DNA of 64,000 nt from Armatimonadota bacterium (GTDB taxonomy: Bacteria; Sysuimicrobiota; Sysuimicrobiia; Sysuimicrobiales; Humicultoraceae): contig JBBIOM010000003.1 of NCBI GenBank assembly GCA_037443365.1, positions 1 to 64,000 of the forward strand, in the 5' to 3' direction. Below are positions 43,787 to 56,555 of this stretch, piece after piece; positions within the stretch are counted from its first letter, which is position 1; every line of letters begins with the position of its first letter. Under the pieces are notes generated by a model. It did not search any database. It was given only the letters and a program-made list of their open reading frames with translations, and was not told the DNA's origin. Position numbers and translations under genes: made by a program.

Positions 43787-45208
43787 GTGGCAACAGAGGT
43801 TAAGAGGGGAGAGTTGATCTACTCTGTCGACGACATCCCGCAACCGTTCAGCAGGGCCTTCTTCCTGGGTGTTCAGCACGTCCTGACAATGTTTGGCGCA
43901 ACGGTCTCGGTCCCGCTCCTCCTGGGGCCGGCCATGGGGATGACCCAGGCACAGATCGCGACGCTGGTCGGATCTGTCATGCTCGCTTCCGGGGTTGTCA
44001 CCCTGCTCCAGGTGCACTGGGGGTCCCGGCTGCCCATCGTGCAGGGAGTCTCGTTCTCGTTCCTCGGTCCGTTCTTCGCCATCATCGGCGCTCACAAGGC
44101 GCACGGTGGCCCGGTCGTCATGCAGTACATCGCCGGCGCCATCATGACCGGCAGCTTCGTCGAGATGGCGGTCGGTCACTTCCGCTGGATCGGCAAGCTG
44201 CGCCGCGTGATCAGCCCCGTGGTGATCGGCCCGGTCATCATGCTGATAGGCCTGGCCCTGTTCAAGGTCGGTGCCCCCAAGGCGGGCGCCTACTGGCCGA
44301 TGGCCGCGCTCGTCATCTTCTGCATATTCTGGTTCTCACAGTTCCTCTCGCGCGGCAGCCTCGTCTTCCGGTTGTTCCCCATCCTGCTGGCCGTCGCCGT
44401 CGGGTGGGTGGTGTCGTACTTCTTCAGCGCGATCGGCACCTTCGGCCCCAACCATCCCTCCTACGTGGGCCTGCAGGTGGTGCGGGAGGCAGCGTGGTTC
44501 CGGCCGCCTTGGGGAGAGGGCATCGGCTGGATCTTCCCGTGGGGTCTTCCCAAGTTCAGCCTGGCCTTCTTCCTTGCGATCCTGGCCGGCTATCTCGCCT
44601 CCATGATCGAGTCGTTTGGTGACTACCACTCGGTCTCGTACATGAGCCGGCTCCCGGACCCCAGCGAGGACACGATCAACAAGGGGATCCGCGCCGAGGG
44701 CGTGGGGTGCTTCTTCACCGGCCTGTTCGGTGGATTCGCCAGCACGAGCTACTCCGAGAACATCGGGCTGATCGGGATAACGCGGGTCGCCAGCCGCTAC
44801 GTGGTGACCATCGGCTCCTTCGTCCTGATCTTCCTGGGTGTCTTCGGCAAGTTCGGCGCACTCGCCGCGACGCTACCCGGGCCTGTGGTGGGCGCGATGT
44901 ACTGCGCGCTCTTCGGGCTCATCGCGGCCATCGGCGTGCAGCAGGTGGCGCGCTGCGATCTTCGCAGCGACCGCAACCTGCTGATCATCGGGTTCTCCCT
45001 CTTCATGGGCCTGAGCCTCCCGGCGTACTTCACGGGCGTTCCGGAGCTCGAGTTCGCGGCCCAGAAGGTCGTCATCACCTGGGCGCCCTGGCTCGCCGAC
45101 ATGATCAACATCGTCGGGTCCACGGGCATGGCGGTTGCCGCGATATTCGGGCTTGTCCTGGACAACCTGCTGCCAGGGACTCTGGAGGAGCGGGGAATCA
45201 GGAGCTAG
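43787..45208 (+). CDS. NCS2 nucleobase:cation symporter (uracil/xanthine permease family)
   Basis: QH motif in TM1, GSRLPIVQG, ESFGD, TSYSENIG..TRVASR signature. Confidence 0.92.
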   Translation: MATEVKRGELIYSVDDIPQPFSRAFFLGVQHVLTMFGATVSVPLLLGPAMGMTQAQIATLVGSVMLASGVVTLLQVHWGSRLPIVQGVSFSFLGPFFAIIGAHKAHGGPVVMQYIAGAIMTGSFVEMAVGHFRWIGKLRRVISPVVIGPVIMLIGLALFKVGAPKAGAYWPMAALVIFCIFWFSQFLSRGSLVFRLFPILLAVAVGWVVSYFFSAIGTFGPNHPSYVGLQVVREAAWFRPPWGEGIGWIFPWGLPKFSLAFFLAILAGYLASMIESFGDYHSVSYMSRLPDPSEDTINKGIRAEGVGCFFTGLFGGFASTSYSENIGLIGITRVASRYVVTIGSFVLIFLGVFGKFGALAATLPGPVVGAMYCALFGLIAAIGVQQVARCDLRSDRNLLIIGFSLFMGLSLPAYFTGVPELEFAAQKVVITWAPWLADMINIVGSTGMAVAAIFGLVLDNLLPGTLEERGIRS

Positions 45209-45246
45209 GCGTGATCGAGCCGGGAAAGTGCCCGGCGCAGTGCACG

Positions 45247-45280
45247 TCGCGGGGGCTGCCCTCTTGGGGAGCCCCCGCGA
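45247..45280. terminator. Hairpin between the convergent NCS2 and katG genes
   Basis: TCGCGGGGGCT...AGCCCCCGCGA, perfect 11-bp arms. Confidence 0.5.
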
Positions 45281-45460
45281 ATCCTTCCAGCCAGCCCGGC
45301 GGCGTGCTTTGGATTGCCCTCATTGGCGAGCCGTCCTCGCTTGTTCTCCGCTGGGCCACAGCACTGATTGCTCAGCCCATCACTCACCGCATCCGTGCGG
45401 GCCTGCCATGGACAGCAGGCTCCACCCACTTGGGAGCCCCTGAATGTGCTTACGCCATGG

Positions 45461-48167
<2,707 letters not shown>

Positions 48168-48225
48168 GCGCACCCCCTTGCGCTCTGCAGGCTTCACGCC
48201 GTGGAAGCCCCCTGCCCTCAGGTAT

Positions 48226-48246
48226 CCATATTCATAATGAGTATGG
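48226..48246. promoter_or_regulatory. AT-rich palindrome CCATATTCATAATGAGTATGG, putative Fur/PerR operator
   Basis: 10-1-10 inverted repeat with one mismatch, about 60 nt upstream of the fur-katG start. Confidence 0.7.
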
Positions 48247-48282
48247 TTTTCTGGATCAGCATGCCAGATCGTCGCGGTCCCG

Positions 48283-49155
48283 TCAAGAGTGTGACGCCGG
48301 TCCGCGCTGCAGTGCCACCACCGAGGCCAGGATGAGTAGCGCGCCGGCGATCGCACGCCCCGCAAGCGCTTCTCCCAGCAGCGCCGCCGCGAACACCGCG
48401 GCAACCGCCGGCTCGACAGTCGCGGTCAGGCTGGCGGACCGGCTATCGATGAAGCGCAATCCGTAGAGGAACAGGGCGAACGGCAGCACGGTAGCGAACA
48501 CCACAATGAAGAGGAGCAAGCCCCACTCGCCCGGTGTGAACGGAAGCAGGTATACACGCCAGGGCGGCGTGTGTAGGCTCCAGAGGATCGAACCCACCAG
48601 CAACCCGTAGAACAGCATGTGCCACGGATCCACGGTGCGGGCACGTGAGCGTCCCATCAGGATCCAGCCCGCGAAGCCTAGCGCCGAGGCGATCCCTGAC
48701 GCGACCGCGGCTGGCGAGACAGCGAGCCCGTGCGATCCCGCCACGAGCAAGTAGCCGCCAGCGATCACGCCCGCGAGGCAGGCCGCCTGCATTGCGTGTA
48801 GGCGTTCGCGGTGCACCACGGCCGTGTAGGCAACCACCAGCGCTGGCGCCGTGTACTGCAGAAAGATTGCCGTCGCAACATCGGCCAGGCTGATGGTCAG
48901 GTAGTACATCGACTGGGAAACGACCATTGCGACGCCCAGGGGGATCAACCGGAGCACCACGACCCACGGTAACCTCACCGAGCGCCCCTGTGCCCACAAC
49001 GCAGTCGCGGTCAGCACCAGGCCCGCGGTCACGCGTATCTCGACCACCGCCGCGGGAGTGATCGTCCCGCGGTTGAACAGGGCCTTGGCCACCACACCGG
49101 CGATGCCCCACAATGAGGCCGCGGCAAGCACGGCCGCGTATCCCCGCAGGCGCAT
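48283..49155 (-). CDS. EamA/DMT family transporter
   Basis: About 10 TM segments, LQYTAP, TVEP. Confidence 0.9.
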   Translation of the reverse strand: MRLRGYAAVLAAASLWGIAGVVAKALFNRGTITPAAVVEIRVTAGLVLTATALWAQGRSVRLPWVVVLRLIPLGVAMVVSQSMYYLTISLADVATAIFLQYTAPALVVAYTAVVHRERLHAMQAACLAGVIAGGYLLVAGSHGLAVSPAAVASGIASALGFAGWILMGRSRARTVDPWHMLFYGLLVGSILWSLHTPPWRVYLLPFTPGEWGLLLFIVVFATVLPFALFLYGLRFIDSRSASLTATVEPAVAAVFAAALLGEALAGRAIAGALLILASVVALQRGPASHS

Positions 49156-50052
49156 CTAGGGCTCGACCCTGTCCCAGGCCCAGCAGAAGCCGGTCAGGGC
49201 GTCGGCGCCCGAGGTTTCGCCGATACCCAGTATCCGCCGCGCGGCCGCGCGTGCGGCGCCGGGTCCCTCACCGATCCCGCGCGCAAGCCCATGCCAGGGC
49301 GCCGAGCCCCAGCCCTGGCGAGCGGCTTCCAGGTAGGCCGCGCTGATGCGGGTGGTGCGCGGGATCGCGGCGCCGACCAGTGTGTCTCTGGCCTGAGACA
49401 CCCCACCGGCCGCGCTAGCCAGGGAGGGCCACAGCGTAAGCGCGTGAACGATTCCCACGAGGAGGTCGTCCCCTGCCGGGGTCAACCCAGGCCCTCGCCC
49501 GGCCATGCGGGAGGCCACCGCGCCGGCAACCGCCCGCGCGCTGCTCTTCCCAGAAAGGAACGCGGCGATGGCTTCTAAACCGGATGACAGTTCCGGCAGG
49601 ATGCCCCCCTGGGCGCCCAGGTTCGATCGAGGCGCGTCGGAGCCAAGTTCCGCACGGACCGCGGCACGCGCGCACTTCACCAGCCCCGGCGCGAGGTCCT
49701 GGCGCAGGGGAGGAAGGGCCGGATCCCAGACGCGCGCGCTCCCAAGATCCACCGCGCCCTGTCCGATCCGCAGCCTGCCGTCCCCCAGCGAGACCGGTTC
49801 GCCTGGGGCGATCGGACCCAGCGATGAGAATCCATCCACACCGATCGTGAACGGCGCTGGCTCGAGATCACTCGATGTCAGCGCGAGGATTCGGCCGTCC
49901 AGATCCAGGTAGGCGCTCCGCTCGAACGCGGCCAACACTACTCCGGCCGCGCTGGACGCCCGGAGGCCCTCCAGCGGCGCGGCGATGAGCCCGGCACGAA
50001 TTGCGCGGGTGGCTGCGATGTGCGCAACGACGGGCGATCGTGATGGGGTCAT
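49156..50052 (-). CDS. ylbF: DUF2877 protein (YlbF/AllH-like)
   Basis: GRGPGLTPAGDDLLVG, TTRIS, GETSGAD; ATGA overlap with coxS. Confidence 0.85.
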   Translation of the reverse strand: MTPSRSPVVAHIAATRAIRAGLIAAPLEGLRASSAAGVVLAAFERSAYLDLDGRILALTSSDLEPAPFTIGVDGFSSLGPIAPGEPVSLGDGRLRIGQGAVDLGSARVWDPALPPLRQDLAPGLVKCARAAVRAELGSDAPRSNLGAQGGILPELSSGLEAIAAFLSGKSSARAVAGAVASRMAGRGPGLTPAGDDLLVGIVHALTLWPSLASAAGGVSQARDTLVGAAIPRTTRISAAYLEAARQGWGSAPWHGLARGIGEGPGAARAAARRILGIGETSGADALTGFCWAWDRVEP

Positions 50053-50585
50053 TCCACTCCTGTGGCCTTCACCGCCTCCACGATCGCCGCGTATCCCGTG
50101 CACCGGCACAGATGCCCGCCGAGCACTTCTCGTATGGCCGCATCGGAAGGCCGGGGTGTGCTTTGCAGGAGCGCGTGCATGCTCATAAGTACCCCGGGTG
50201 TGCAGAACCCGCACTGCAGCGCGTGGTGTTGCGCAAACGACTGCTGCAGGGGGGAAAGCGCGTTGGGCTCGCCCAGCGCCTCGACCGTGGTGACCTCAGC
50301 GCCGTCGGCCTGCACCGCGAACAGCAGGCACGACCTGACCGGCGCTCCATCCAGCAGCACTGTGCAGGCCCCGCAGACGCCGTGCTCGCACCCCAGGTGC
50401 GTCCCGGTCAGGCCCAGATCCTCGCGCAGGAAGTCGGCCAGGGTGCGCCGCACCTCCACCGTCCTTGAGACCTCGCTTCCGTTGACGCGTAGCCGGATCG
50501 TTGCCTGGCCGGCCGGTGCCCTGCGCCGCGCGCGGGGCCGCGTCTTGCGAGGGGTGGTGATTCCTTCAGAGGGGTTGCTGCTCAT
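50049..50585 (-). CDS. Molybdenum hydroxylase 2Fe-2S subunit
   Basis: [25 protein letters not shown]. Confidence 0.93.
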   Translation of the reverse strand: MSSNPSEGITTPRKTRPRARRRAPAGQATIRLRVNGSEVSRTVEVRRTLADFLREDLGLTGTHLGCEHGVCGACTVLLDGAPVRSCLLFAVQADGAEVTTVEALGEPNALSPLQQSFAQHHALQCGFCTPGVLMSMHALLQSTPRPSDAAIREVLGGHLCRCTGYAAIVEAVKATGVE

Positions 50586-51460
50586 CGTCGTTGCTCCCGG
50601 ATACGCCCGGCTGCCTGCATGATGGCCCGGCCTGCCAGCACGCCGGCGACATGTCGCCTGTAGGCCGCAGTCGCGTGTATGTCAGAGGGAGGATCGAGCC
50701 GGTGCTGCGCCGCGCGCATCGCCTCGGCCACGCTTGCTTCGGTAACCTCCTTGCCCAGGAGCGCCTGCTCGGCCTCGGGCACGCGGACCGGCCCCGGCCC
50801 CACTCCTGTGAAGACGAGGCGGGCGCTGCTACACCGCCGGTCGCCGTCCTGCTCCAGGACTGCGGCCACGCCCGCAAGGGCGAAGTCACCGTGTCGCCTG
50901 GCGATCTCGAGAAAGGCCCACCCCGCGCCCGGCGTGAGCGCGGGCAGGCGCACCTCGGTCAGCAATTCGTCGGGTTCCAGGGCGGTGGTCAGATAGCCCG
51001 CGAAGAACTGCTCGCAGTCAAGCACACGTTCCCCGCGTACGCTGGCAAGCACGAAGCGCGCGTCCAGGGCCGCCGCCGCGGCGGGCAACTCCGAGGAGGG
51101 GTCGGCGTGCGCCAGGCTTCCGCCGATCGTGCCGCGCGCGCGGATCTGCGGGTGTCCGATGCATCGCGTGGCCTCGGCCAGCAGGGGGATCCGCCGGGCG
51201 ACGCCGCGGTGGGTCTCCACCGTCTGCTGGCGCGTCATCGCGCCGATCGCAAGCCCCCCTTCGAAGGGGCGGATGAAGGCCAGGTCCCTTATCCGGTTCA
51301 GATCCACGATCACCGCCGGGCGCGCCAGGCGCATCGCCAGCAGCGGCACAAGGCTCTGCCCGCCTGCCAGCGCCTTTGCTTCTGTGCCGAACTCGGCCAG
51401 GGCCTCCAGCGCCTCCAGGCGTCGCCGGGGCGCCAGGTACTCGAAGGGTCCGGGCTTCAC
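50582..51460 (-). CDS. Molybdenum hydroxylase FAD subunit
   Basis: AGGQSL, RARGTIGGSLAHADP, RRHGDFA. Confidence 0.93.
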   Translation of the reverse strand: MKPGPFEYLAPRRRLEALEALAEFGTEAKALAGGQSLVPLLAMRLARPAVIVDLNRIRDLAFIRPFEGGLAIGAMTRQQTVETHRGVARRIPLLAEATRCIGHPQIRARGTIGGSLAHADPSSELPAAAAALDARFVLASVRGERVLDCEQFFAGYLTTALEPDELLTEVRLPALTPGAGWAFLEIARRHGDFALAGVAAVLEQDGDRRCSSARLVFTGVGPGPVRVPEAEQALLGKEVTEASVAEAMRAAQHRLDPPSDIHATAAYRRHVAGVLAGRAIMQAAGRIREQRR

Positions 51461-53805
51461 GATGGCACGCTCCGATCTCCTGCCTGGGAGCCTGTTTCCT
51501 GCAGCAACTCCAGCAATCGCGTGTGCGAAAGGGGCATCTGGGCCACTCGCGTCCCCAGCGCATCGTCCAGGGCCGAGGCGAACACCGCTGTCGCCGGGAT
51601 CACGCCGGCCTCGCCGGCGCCCTTCACGCCCAGCGGGTTAAGCGGGGAAGGGGTCTCCACGTGCCCTATCTCGGCCTTCGGGACCTCGGCCGCGGTCGGC
51701 AGCAGGTAGTCCATGAAGGTCTGCGTCAGGAGCTGGCCGTCCTCGTCATACACCAGGGCCTCGTAGAAGGCGCCGCCGATGCCCTGGGCCACGCCGCCCT
51801 GGATCTGCCCGTCCAGGATCATCGGGTTGATCACGGTGCCGCAGTCGTGGACGACAACGTACCGCTCGACGCGCACCGCTCCCGTATCCCTGTCGACCTC
51901 AAGGATCGCGGCGTGACACCCGCCGGCGAAGCTGCCCCGCGGCGGCGCGAAGTAGCGCGCGGCCTCCAGCCCCGGTCCTTCCCATTCCTTCGGGATGGTT
52001 CCGCGGAGCGGGTTGGCGGCCGTCGCGACCTCGCCCAGCGTAACCGATCGCGCAGGGGCTCCGCGCACGAAGATCTTCCCATCGGCAATCTCGAGGTCGT
52101 CGGGCCCCGCTTCCAGCAACCCCGAGGCAACCATGAGCGTCTTCTCGCGCACGGCCCTGGCCGCCAGCGCCACCGCGCTGCCCGCCACGACCGCAGAGCG
52201 GCTCGCGAATGTTCCGGTGCCCCACCCGAAGGCCGCGGTGTCGCCTGTAGTGACGGTGACGTCGCGCACATCCACGCCCAGGGCGTCCGCGATTATCTGC
52301 GCGAACACGGTGAAGTGCCCCTGGCCCTGTGTGCCTACGCTCGTGGCCGCGAACACCTTGCCCGTTGACTCGACCGTGACGCGGCACCCCTCGTACGGGC
52401 CGATGCCGGTGCCCTCCACGTAGAGCGCCAGCCCCAGCCCAAGGGTGCGGCCTGCCCTGCGCGCCGCGGCCTGGCGCTCTGGCCAACCCGCGTAGTCAAT
52501 CATCTCGAGGGTCTTGTCGAGCACGGCCGGGTAGTTGCCGCTGTCGTAGATGAGCGGCGCGTTGTCCTGGTAGATCAGCCCGGTATCGTAGGGGAACTCA
52601 TGCGGCTGGATCAGGTTGCGGCGGCGCACCTCCGCGCGGTCTATGCCCAGTTCGCGCGCCACCCGGTCCATCAGGCGCTCCATGATGAAGACGCCGTGAG
52701 GCCGCCCGGCCCCGCGGTAGGGGCTCACCTGGGTCTTGTTAGTGAATACCGCCCGGAACTCGCAGTGGTAGTTGGGGATCTTGTACGGGCCAACCAGGGT
52801 GGTGCTGGCGACGATGGGTACGATCAGGCCGTAGGCGATGTAGGCGCCGGCGTCGTGCAGGAAGACCGTTCGTACGCCCAGGATCCGGCCCTCGCCGTCC
52901 ACGGCGATCTGTACGTCGTGGATCTGCTCGCGCTCCTGGTTCGTGGCCACGAAGTTCTCACGCCTGTCCTCGATCCACTTGACGGGCCGGCCCAGGCGCA
53001 TCGCGGCAAGCGGCACCAGGATCTCCTCGGGGTAGAACATCATTATCTTGGGCCCGAACCCACCGCCCACGTCGGGCGCAACCACGCGCACGTTGTTCTG
53101 GGGCAGGCCGAACAGCCGCGCCAGCCCGTTGCGTATCGGGATGGGCGACTGCGTCGAGTCGTAGATGACCAGATTGCGCAGGCGCCCGTCCCATATCGCC
53201 AGGATCCCGCGCGTCTCCATGGAGGCGGCCGTGCCGCGGTCCATGCGGATCCTCTCGGAGAAGACGTGCGGGGCACACGCGAAGGCACCCTCGGGGTCGC
53301 CCACCCGCTGGGTGTAGTGCGCGGCCACGTTGGTCCCGGCGTCCTCGTGGACCAGCGGGCTCTCGGGCCTGATGGCGGCCTCGAGGTCCACAACGGCCGG
53401 AAGCGGCTCGTACTCCACCTCGATGGCCTCCAGGGCGTCCTCGGCCAGGTAGCGGCTCTCGGCCACCACGAACGCCACGGGCTCGCCGACATGGCGGACG
53501 ACCTCCCCGGCCAGGGCGACCTGGGTCTTGTGGTGGATCAGTGTCGGGTGGGGAATGAGCCTAGGCAGCGGATCCCCGAGCGGCGGCGGGAGGTCGGCGC
53601 GCGTGTAGACCGCGACGACCCCGGGGATAGCCCGGGCACCGGAGGCGTCAATGCGCACGATCCTGGCGCGGGCGTGCGGACTTCGGAGCACCGCCCCGTG
53701 CAGCAGGTTGGGCGGCTGGATGTCGTCCACGAAGGTGCCCCTGCCCGTCAGCAGCCGGGGGTCCTCGACCCTCCGGACGCGCTCGCCGAACCACCGCGTC
53801 CCCAT
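51457..53805 (-). CDS. Xanthine-dehydrogenase-family molybdopterin subunit (CoxL form II-like)
   Basis: RRVEDPRLL, GGGFGPK, PYRGAGRP, QGQGH, GQIQGG, KGAGE; start MGTRWFG. Confidence 0.92.
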   Translation of the reverse strand: MGTRWFGERVRRVEDPRLLTGRGTFVDDIQPPNLLHGAVLRSPHARARIVRIDASGARAIPGVVAVYTRADLPPPLGDPLPRLIPHPTLIHHKTQVALAGEVVRHVGEPVAFVVAESRYLAEDALEAIEVEYEPLPAVVDLEAAIRPESPLVHEDAGTNVAAHYTQRVGDPEGAFACAPHVFSERIRMDRGTAASMETRGILAIWDGRLRNLVIYDSTQSPIPIRNGLARLFGLPQNNVRVVAPDVGGGFGPKIMMFYPEEILVPLAAMRLGRPVKWIEDRRENFVATNQEREQIHDVQIAVDGEGRILGVRTVFLHDAGAYIAYGLIVPIVASTTLVGPYKIPNYHCEFRAVFTNKTQVSPYRGAGRPHGVFIMERLMDRVARELGIDRAEVRRRNLIQPHEFPYDTGLIYQDNAPLIYDSGNYPAVLDKTLEMIDYAGWPERQAAARRAGRTLGLGLALYVEGTGIGPYEGCRVTVESTGKVFAATSVGTQGQGHFTVFAQIIADALGVDVRDVTVTTGDTAAFGWGTGTFASRSAVVAGSAVALAARAVREKTLMVASGLLEAGPDDLEIADGKIFVRGAPARSVTLGEVATAANPLRGTIPKEWEGPGLEAARYFAPPRGSFAGGCHAAILEVDRDTGAVRVERYVVVHDCGTVINPMILDGQIQGGVAQGIGGAFYEALVYDEDGQLLTQTFMDYLLPTAAEVPKAEIGHVETPSPLNPLGVKGAGEAGVIPATAVFASALDDALGTRVAQMPLSHTRLLELLQETGSQAGDRSVPS

Positions 53806-53992
53806 CGAGTGCGCCTCCAACACCACGGCCCATCCGATGTCTGGGACCGCCGTGGGAAGTCGAGCCGTGGGATCATTAGTCTCTTCGCGCCGGGCGCCGG
53901 GCGCTCCTGCCCACCGCGGCCGCCCGCCGCCGCAAAGGACACGCCGGGCGCCCGACGAACCTAGGGAGGAAGGCCTCTTGGAGGTGACGGCG

Positions 53993-54661
53993 GTGGCAAG
54001 AGCGATGAAGTTCATCTTCGGGCACAGCAAGGAGGGGGAGGTCCGGGATCTCCTTCTGCGACACCTCGACAAGGTCGGCGAGTGCGTGGCGCGGGCCCGA
54101 GCCGTCATGGACGACTACCTGGCCGGCCGGGTCGAAGAGGCCAAGTCCGGGGCTGTTGACGTGGATCACCTGGAGACCGACGCCGACTACATGCGGCGCT
54201 CGGTGGTGGACCTGCTCTATCGGGGGGCTTTCCTGCCGATCTTCCGGTCCGACATACACGAGTTCGTCGAGCGGATGGACATGATAAGCGACGCCGCCGA
54301 GGACATGTGCGACTTCCTGCTGGGCCAGCGCCCCGAGATCCCCGGGGAATACGCGGAGCACATCCGGCACATCCTGGAGCACACCCAGGTGGCCTACGGG
54401 GCCCTGCACGATGCGGTGACCAACTTCTTCACCACTCCTGATCAGCGCGTGATTCGCGAGAACCTGACCAGACTCGGTGTGACCGAGTCACTGATTGACG
54501 ACATCGAGTGGAAGATGACCCGTCAGATCTTCACCTCGGGCCTCCCCCTGGCCGCCAGGACCCACCTGAAGCAGTTCCTTGAGACGCTGACAGAGATGTC
54601 CGACAGGATGGAAGACGCGGGTGACCGTCTCGAGGCGCTGATCATCGGCCTGAAGATCTAG
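53993..54661 (+). CDS. DUF47 / PhoU-like transport regulator
   Basis: LETDAD..R, AFLP..R.D, DRMEDAGD. GTG start after GGAGG; ATG 54005 is an alternative. Confidence 0.85.
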   Translation: MARAMKFIFGHSKEGEVRDLLLRHLDKVGECVARARAVMDDYLAGRVEEAKSGAVDVDHLETDADYMRRSVVDLLYRGAFLPIFRSDIHEFVERMDMISDAAEDMCDFLLGQRPEIPGEYAEHIRHILEHTQVAYGALHDAVTNFFTTPDQRVIRENLTRLGVTESLIDDIEWKMTRQIFTSGLPLAARTHLKQFLETLTEMSDRMEDAGDRLEALIIGLKI

Positions 54662-54663
54662 AC

Positions 54664-55599
54664 ATGATCGCACTGCTGCCCGCCCTCTATCTCGGTTGGG
54701 GGATAGGGGCCAACGACGCCGCCAACACCTTTGGCCCCCAGATAGGTGCCAACATCATCTCCTACCGACGCGCGGTGGTCATGGCCGCGATCTTCGCCTT
54801 CCTGGGCGCGGTCGTGGAGGGCGAGAAGGTCTTCCCGACACTGGGTCGCCTCACGAGCCTGACGCTCGAGATGAGCATCATCGCCGCCCTGGCGGCCGGC
54901 ATCGCGACGAACGTCATGACGAAGTTCGGGCTGCCCATCTCGACCTCGCACTCCATCTTCGGCGCGCTGATCGCCGCGGGGCTGTACACCGGGAGGTCGC
55001 TCGATCAGGCAATCGTTGCGCGCATGGTCGCCTCGATGATGGCCGCGCCCGTGGGGGCAGGCCTGGGCGCTTATCTTCTCCATCGGCTGCTCGCCGCCTC
55101 AGCGGCGGGAAAGATCGGCAGGGGGCTGATCTTCGGGCGAGCCGTGCGCTACCTTGCGGTGCTGGTGGGATGCTACGCCGCGTACGCGCTGGGCTCCAAC
55201 AACGTCGGCAACGCGATGGCCCCGTTTGTGGCCGTCGGTCTGGTCAGCCCAGCAGCCGGCGCCGCCTTGGGCGGCCTGGCGATAGCCGTCGGGGTGCTAA
55301 CCTACAGCCGGAACGTCATCATGCTCGTCGGCAAACAGATTACGGCGCTGGATCCGATCACGGCCCTGGTGGCGGCGACGGCCACCGCCGTCACGGTCCA
55401 CCTGTTCACCCAGCTTCGGATCCCGGTTTCAACGTCGCAGGCGATCGTTGGCGCGGTGGTCGGCGTGGGGCTCACCAAGGGGATGCTGGCGGTCAACCGC
55501 CGGATGTTCTGGTTGGTTCCGGCCGGATGGGTCATAAGCATCGCTGGCGCGGGGGTCATGGGCTACCTGTTGATGGCGGTGCTGACGCTGTGGCGGTGA
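54664..55599 (+). CDS. PiT family inorganic anion transporter, copy 1
   Basis: GANDAAN, PISTSH, GSNNVGN, PVSTSQ. Confidence 0.9.
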   Translation: MIALLPALYLGWGIGANDAANTFGPQIGANIISYRRAVVMAAIFAFLGAVVEGEKVFPTLGRLTSLTLEMSIIAALAAGIATNVMTKFGLPISTSHSIFGALIAAGLYTGRSLDQAIVARMVASMMAAPVGAGLGAYLLHRLLAASAAGKIGRGLIFGRAVRYLAVLVGCYAAYALGSNNVGNAMAPFVAVGLVSPAAGAALGGLAIAVGVLTYSRNVIMLVGKQITALDPITALVAATATAVTVHLFTQLRIPVSTSQAIVGAVVGVGLTKGMLAVNRRMFWLVPAGWVISIAGAGVMGYLLMAVLTLWR

Positions 55600-55603
55600 G
55601 CGC

Positions 55604-56539
55604 GTGCTGATCCTTCTCCCAGCCTTCTACCTCGGATGGGGAATAGGGGCCAACGACACAGCCAACGCCTTCGGGCCACAGGTGGGAGCCGGCGCCGTCA
55701 CCCTGCGCCGGGCCGCCGTCCTCACGGCGCTCTTCGGCTTCCTGGGCGCCCTGCTCGAGGGGCGGAAGATCTTTCCCACCCTTGGCGGGCTAACGAATCT
55801 ATCCCTAGAGATGAGCGTGATGGCCACCCTGGCGGCTGCCATCAACGTGAACGCGATGACCCGGCTCGGGATGCCGATCTCGACGTCGCACTCCATCGTT
55901 GGCGCACTGATCGGCGTGGGCCTCGCCCAGCAGGCAGGATTCAACACGGGGATAGTGTTGAAGGTCGCCACCGCGATGCTGGCGACGCCGATAGGGTCCG
56001 CCGTCATCGCCTACCTGATCTACAGGGCGATCGCGGCCCTGGCCGCGGGACGGTTGGGGAACATGCTGGCCTTCCAGCGCTCGGTGCGCTACTCCGCGGT
56101 CGTGGTTGGCTGCTACGCGGCCTACGCCATGGGCGCCAACAACGTCGGCAATGCCATGGCGCCGTACGTGGCCGTGGGCCTGATCGGCGCCTCGCCCGGC
56201 GCGGCCCTGGGTGGCGTGGCCATCGCGCTCGGCGTGCTGACCTATAGCCGCCGCGTCATCATGACGGTCGGGAAGCAGATTACGGCGCTGGACCCGACAT
56301 CCGCGCTGGTGGCCACGATGGCCACGGCGATCACTATTCACCTGTTCACCGAGCTCGGCATACCCGTGTCCACCTCGCAGGCGATCGTCGGAGCGGTGGT
56401 CGGTGTGGGGCTCACCAAGGGGGTCACGGCGCTCAACCGCCGAACCCTGATGGTGATACCGGGCGGATGGGTTGTCAGCGTCCTCGGCTCGGGAGTTGCG
56501 GCCTGGCTCATGATTTCGGGCTACCGCTTGCTTCGGTGA
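55604..56539 (+). CDS. PiT family inorganic anion transporter, copy 2
   Basis: GANDTAN, PISTSH, GANNVGN, PVSTSQ. Confidence 0.9.
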   Translation: MLILLPAFYLGWGIGANDTANAFGPQVGAGAVTLRRAAVLTALFGFLGALLEGRKIFPTLGGLTNLSLEMSVMATLAAAINVNAMTRLGMPISTSHSIVGALIGVGLAQQAGFNTGIVLKVATAMLATPIGSAVIAYLIYRAIAALAAGRLGNMLAFQRSVRYSAVVVGCYAAYAMGANNVGNAMAPYVAVGLIGASPGAALGGVAIALGVLTYSRRVIMTVGKQITALDPTSALVATMATAITIHLFTELGIPVSTSQAIVGAVVGVGLTKGVTALNRRTLMVIPGGWVVSVLGSGVAAWLMISGYRLLR

Positions 56540-56555
56540 TGCGGGAGGGGCTTCG

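Noticed and set aside
51457..53805. Aerobic CO dehydrogenase (form I)
   Set aside because: The active-site loop is PYRGAGR, not AYxCSFR, so the Cu-binding Cys is absent. Gene order is L-M-S.
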